A stretch of 38,753 bases of DNA from the NCBI GenBank assembly GCA_964602125.1, contig CAZRPR010000003.1, positions 1 to 38,753 of the forward strand, given 5' to 3'. The notes under the pieces were generated by a model, which searched no databases, was not told the DNA's origin, and saw only the letters and a program-made list of their open reading frames with translations. The translations under genes were made by a program, and so were the position numbers. Of the stretch, positions 33,959 through 38,753 are shown piece after piece (the stretch's first letter is position 1; each line of letters opens with the position of its first letter). This DNA is from an uncultured Candidatus Saccharibacteria bacterium (lineage in GTDB: Bacteria; Patescibacteriota; Minisyncoccia; CAIUEV01).

Positions 33959-34855
33959 TTATTTCTGACAGCTAGGACAGTAGAAAGTGCTTCTCTGGCC
34001 TTGTTTAATGGAAATTATTTTTTCTTGACAGCGAGGGCACGATTCCCCCTTCTTCTGATAAACTTTTCGCAAGTCTCCAAACCTCCCCTTTTGTCCGTCC
34101 GTATCTCGAAAATCACTAATACTGGTGCCTCGATTCTTGATGGCTTGCTTAAGAATTCTTTTCGTCTCTGAAATAATTTTTTTCATTTCTGAAAGTTGGA
34201 GCTCCGAGACTTTCTTTTTTGGATCCAGGCCGGCCCCAAAAAGAATCTCACTAGCGTAGATGTTGCCGATACCGCTAATGTTTCTTTGATCTAACAGGAA
34301 GACTTTCACTTCTTTGTTTAAATTTCTTTTCTGCCTAGCCAGTTCCTGAAATATTTTTAAGTTGAATTCGTCAAAAACCGGATCTGGCCCAAGGTCTTTA
34401 AAATCATCATTTTTTAAAGTTTCTGCTAGGGGTTGCTGAAAAAATCTGATTCGACCGAATTTCCGCATATCGGAAAAGGCTAGCTCTTTCCCTTTTTCAA
34501 ACAAAAATCGAAAGTGAATATATTGATTGACTTTTTGCGCGAAAGGACTTCCCTTCTCCCTTTTGTTGAGTTTGTCCAAATCAAGCGGAAAAAACTTCTG
34601 GGATCGAAAAAGTAGATGCCCAGTCATTTTAAGATGAAGGACTAGAGTTGCTCTCCTTCCGACTTGAATTAAAATATTTTTTCCGCGACGGGCTACCCGC
34701 TCGATTTTTTGATCAATCAGTTTTTTTTGAAGTTCCGGAAAGGAAATATTCTTAATCATTTTAGGCCAATCACTCCAAACTTTAATTATTTTTTTACCGA
34801 CAATTTTTTCTTTGAGATCAGAAACAACGGTTTCCACCTCGGGTAATTCTGGCAT
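33959..34855 (-). CDS. mutM: Formamidopyrimidine-DNA glycosylase
   Basis: MPELPEVETV N-terminus (catalytic Pro2 requires the ATG at 34855), H2TH region, C-terminal zinc finger CPRC...CPSC. Confidence 0.9.
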   Translation of the reverse strand: MPELPEVETVVSDLKEKIVGKKIIKVWSDWPKMIKNISFPELQKKLIDQKIERVARRGKNILIQVGRRATLVLHLKMTGHLLFRSQKFFPLDLDKLNKREKGSPFAQKVNQYIHFRFLFEKGKELAFSDMRKFGRIRFFQQPLAETLKNDDFKDLGPDPVFDEFNLKIFQELARQKRNLNKEVKVFLLDQRNISGIGNIYASEILFGAGLDPKKKVSELQLSEMKKIISETKRILKQAIKNRGTSISDFRDTDGQKGRFGDLRKVYQKKGESCPRCQEKIISIKQGQRSTFYCPSCQK

Positions 34856-34864
34856 AAGCAAGTT

Positions 34865-36679
34865 TTAAGAAATTATTCTAGCGGAAATTTTTTCCAGCTG
34901 ATCCATCAGGGCAGCCATTTCTTTTTTCTGGTTTTTAGTTTCCGCCATTTTTATCTCTTTTAATAATTCATTTTTTCTCTGAATAAGCATTTCCCGACCT
35001 AGAAGCTTAATATTGGCTAAAAACTCTTTATCAACCTTTTCCGGATCTTCAAAAAAAACTGATCCCATTTCCGCCTCTAAAGTTATAAGGAGCTCTTTCG
35101 CTTTAAGGTTTAAATTTCTGGTTGAAAAGATAAAAGAATCTGTCTTTAAATCTTTACCTTCAATTTCACCGAAGCCGGAAAGAAAAATCTTCATTTCTTC
35201 AAGCAATTGATTGATTTCCGGATTTTCAAACTGGAAACTTTCAATTTCTTCGAAATGAGTGAAATAGAGGCGAGGGAAAGCGTAAATGAAGGCGACTATT
35301 CTTTCCTCTAGTAACAGCTGTCGCCCCTTGTTTTTAGGGGCGGTCATTGCCGGCTCGTCTTTGCGATAGAAATTTTTTCGTTCCTCCTTATTGGTAAGGA
35401 GAGTGATTTTTTCCCAAAGATAATTTTCCGGAACGGCCACTTTTTCGGCCAACCTTTTAACATAATAAGCCTTCTCAACCGTCGAAGGAATATTGGAAAA
35501 AAGTTTTAATAATTTGTCCGTCAATATTTTTTTCTGATCCAAGCTGAGAGTACGATTTTTAAAAGACAAATTATAGAAAAAGCCAGCCAGACTTTTTTTC
35601 TTCTTATTCATCCCGAGCCAATCTTCCGGATTATTTTCCACTAAATCGGCTACGTCTTTGCCCTTCTCAATTGGGATGACTTTAACATCGAATTCTTCCT
35701 CCCAGGCTAACTCAGCCGCTCTCTTGGTGGCTTTTATGCCGGCCATATCGGCGTCAAAAGCTAGTGTTAATTTGCTGACATAGCGTCGAAGTAATTTTAA
35801 TTGTTTTGATCCCAAGGCCGTTCCACAAGTAGCTACCGCCTGCTTAATTCCCGCCTGATGGCTTAGCACAACATCCAAATTACCCTCCAGCAGGATTGCC
35901 TCACCGCTTTCTCGGATAGCTTTTTTAGCTTGAAAAAATCCGTAGAGTAGCGCTCCTTTATCGTAATAGGTGGTTTGAGGAGTATTAATATATTTTCCTT
36001 GGCTACCGTCATCTCCCGGCAAGACTCGAGCGGAAAAACCAACTACTCGATTTAAACTGTCCGTTATGGGAAAAACTAATCGATTTCGAAACCGATCGAC
36101 GTAAACGTTTTGATTATCTTTTTTATACACACTGCCACTCTCCACTATTTCTTTTTCCGTAAAACCGCTTCTTTTTAAATAATCAAAGAGGGCGTTAAAA
36201 GAATTGGGTGCAAAACCCAGCCGAAAGTTTTTTTGACTCTCCTCACTAACCGTTCTACCCCGAAGGTATTCAATGGCTTTTTTGCCTTGAGCAGAGACTA
36301 GGTTTTCTTCAAAAAAAACAGTAGTTTTTTCTAAGATTTCACGCACCATGTCTTTTTGATTTAGGGCGCCGGGATGGAAATTTCTTTGATAGAGACGATA
36401 ATCAATCCCGGCCTTTTCCGCTAAAACTTTGAGCGACTCCTTAAAGTCCAAACCTTCTATTTCTTGAATAAAAGTAATTACGTCTCCACCCTTAGAACAG
36501 CCAAAACAATGAAAAATTTGCTTTTCTCGACTTACCATAAAAGAGGGAGTTTTTTCGCGATGAAAAGGACAAAGACCTTTAAAATTACTACCGGCCGGGG
36601 TTATTTTAACATAACCACTAACCACTTCAATGATGTCATTTTTTTCTTTTACCTCGTCAACCAAGGAAGGCATGGGCAA
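34865..36679 (-). CDS. dnaG: DNA primase
   Basis: Zinc-binding CPFHREKTPSF...CFGC, RNA polymerase core, TOPRIM (LLEGNLDV...FDADMAG). Confidence 0.9.
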   Translation of the reverse strand: MPMPSLVDEVKEKNDIIEVVSGYVKITPAGSNFKGLCPFHREKTPSFMVSREKQIFHCFGCSKGGDVITFIQEIEGLDFKESLKVLAEKAGIDYRLYQRNFHPGALNQKDMVREILEKTTVFFEENLVSAQGKKAIEYLRGRTVSEESQKNFRLGFAPNSFNALFDYLKRSGFTEKEIVESGSVYKKDNQNVYVDRFRNRLVFPITDSLNRVVGFSARVLPGDDGSQGKYINTPQTTYYDKGALLYGFFQAKKAIRESGEAILLEGNLDVVLSHQAGIKQAVATCGTALGSKQLKLLRRYVSKLTLAFDADMAGIKATKRAAELAWEEEFDVKVIPIEKGKDVADLVENNPEDWLGMNKKKKSLAGFFYNLSFKNRTLSLDQKKILTDKLLKLFSNIPSTVEKAYYVKRLAEKVAVPENYLWEKITLLTNKEERKNFYRKDEPAMTAPKNKGRQLLLEERIVAFIYAFPRLYFTHFEEIESFQFENPEINQLLEEMKIFLSGFGEIEGKDLKTDSFIFSTRNLNLKAKELLITLEAEMGSVFFEDPEKVDKEFLANIKLLGREMLIQRKNELLKEIKMAETKNQKKEMAALMDQLEKISARIIS

Positions 36680-36755
36680 AAATTTAAAATATTTTATTTA
36701 AGGTTTCTTTACTTTATATCTTTTCTTATCGTTGTTGTAAAATGAATAAATAATT

Positions 36756-36782
36756 TTAGCACTCAAACTTGACGAGTGCTAA
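36756..36782 (+). promoter_or_regulatory. CIRCE operator (HrcA binding site): TTAGCACTC-N9-GAGTGCTAA
   Basis: Perfect match to the CIRCE consensus, 44 nt upstream of the groEL ATG. Confidence 0.9.
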
Positions 36783-36804
36783 AATTATTGTATGATTATT
36801 TTAG

Positions 36805-38475
<1,671 letters not shown>

Positions 38476-38488
38476 AAAACAAAATTTT

Positions 38489-38530
38489 CCTCCCCTCAGA
38501 TGAGGGGAGGCCTGCCTACCGGTAGGCAGG
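38489..38530. repeat. Two abutting GC-rich palindromes: cctcccctca-ga-tgaggggagg and cctgcctaccggtaggcagg
   Basis: Arms verified as exact reverse complements. The second shares its arms with the insert at 17283-17323. Confidence 0.9.
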
Positions 38531-38605
38531 TGCTGAGGAGTTAGACGACGAAGCAGAGGGGTCTGAAAAACATTTTTTTACAACCCCCTCCCCCCTTACG
38601 GGGTA

Positions 38606-38627
38606 CTCCCCCTCAACTGAGGGGGAG
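38606..38627. repeat. Palindrome ctccccctca-ac-tgagggggag, related to 38489-38510
   Basis: 10-nt perfect arms read directly. Confidence 0.85.
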
Positions 38628-38753
38628 AAAATGGCAACGCAAAATTTCTGTTAAGCTTGATATTTTTTCTATTTTTCTTGTGCCAATTTTATCAACCCAT
38701 CAATTAATTTAGCGTAAGGAATTCCGCTCTTTTCCCATAATTTTGGATACATG

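Noticed and set aside
38606-38753. Short minus-strand ORF at the right edge (MYPKLWEKSGIPYAKLIGWVDK...)
   Set aside because: It is truncated by the window end, its stop lies inside a palindromic element, and no motif is recognisable. It cannot be supported.

Overview
AT-rich, gene-dense bacterial sequence read with the standard genetic code; long ORFs are intact and TGA, TAA and TAG all act as stops. The gene content suggests a small-genome lineage such as CPR/Patescibacteria: many small membrane proteins, three GT-C type glycosyltransferases, RNHCP/DUF5674-style small genes and sparse metabolism. That placement is inference only. The window has two parts. (1) About 0.1-17.3 kb is an accessory, defence-type island, almost entirely on the minus strand. 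It holds a solo MazF/PemK-like toxin, a membrane-anchored unknown, and a DUF262/DUF1524 (GmrSD-like) nuclease. Next come a complete Type III R-M pair (mod then res) and a 1419-aa Upf1-like SF1 helicase fused to a C-terminal DUF559/Vsr-type endonuclease (HheA-like). Then follows a three-gene cassette: a Bro-N/DinD-like protein, a Cas4-like four-Cys PD-(D/E)XK nuclease, and a 195-aa unknown with a weak HEPN-like motif. A small membrane peptide and a NYN/LabA-like protein complete the island. The island abuts tRNA-Ala(GGC), whose 5' part is duplicated and interrupted by a GC-rich palindromic element. (2) About 17.5-38.7 kb is housekeeping: holB, GT39, PGI/PMI, tRNA-His, argS, fba, prmC, mnmA, two more GT-C-like membrane proteins, mutM, dnaG and CIRCE-groEL. 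Three candidates stand out. (a) The helicase-nuclease, mod, res, GmrSD-like and TM genes are packed as one apparent operon. (b) A 31/32-nt direct repeat reads as a sigma70-type promoter on the minus strand and precedes both that operon and the Bro-N/nuclease cassette. (c) The Cas4-like nuclease and the 195-aa protein are translationally coupled, in a stretch that looks compositionally deviant. I saw no CRISPR array, integrase, transposase or rRNA. All domain calls come from motif recognition by eye; no database search was run.
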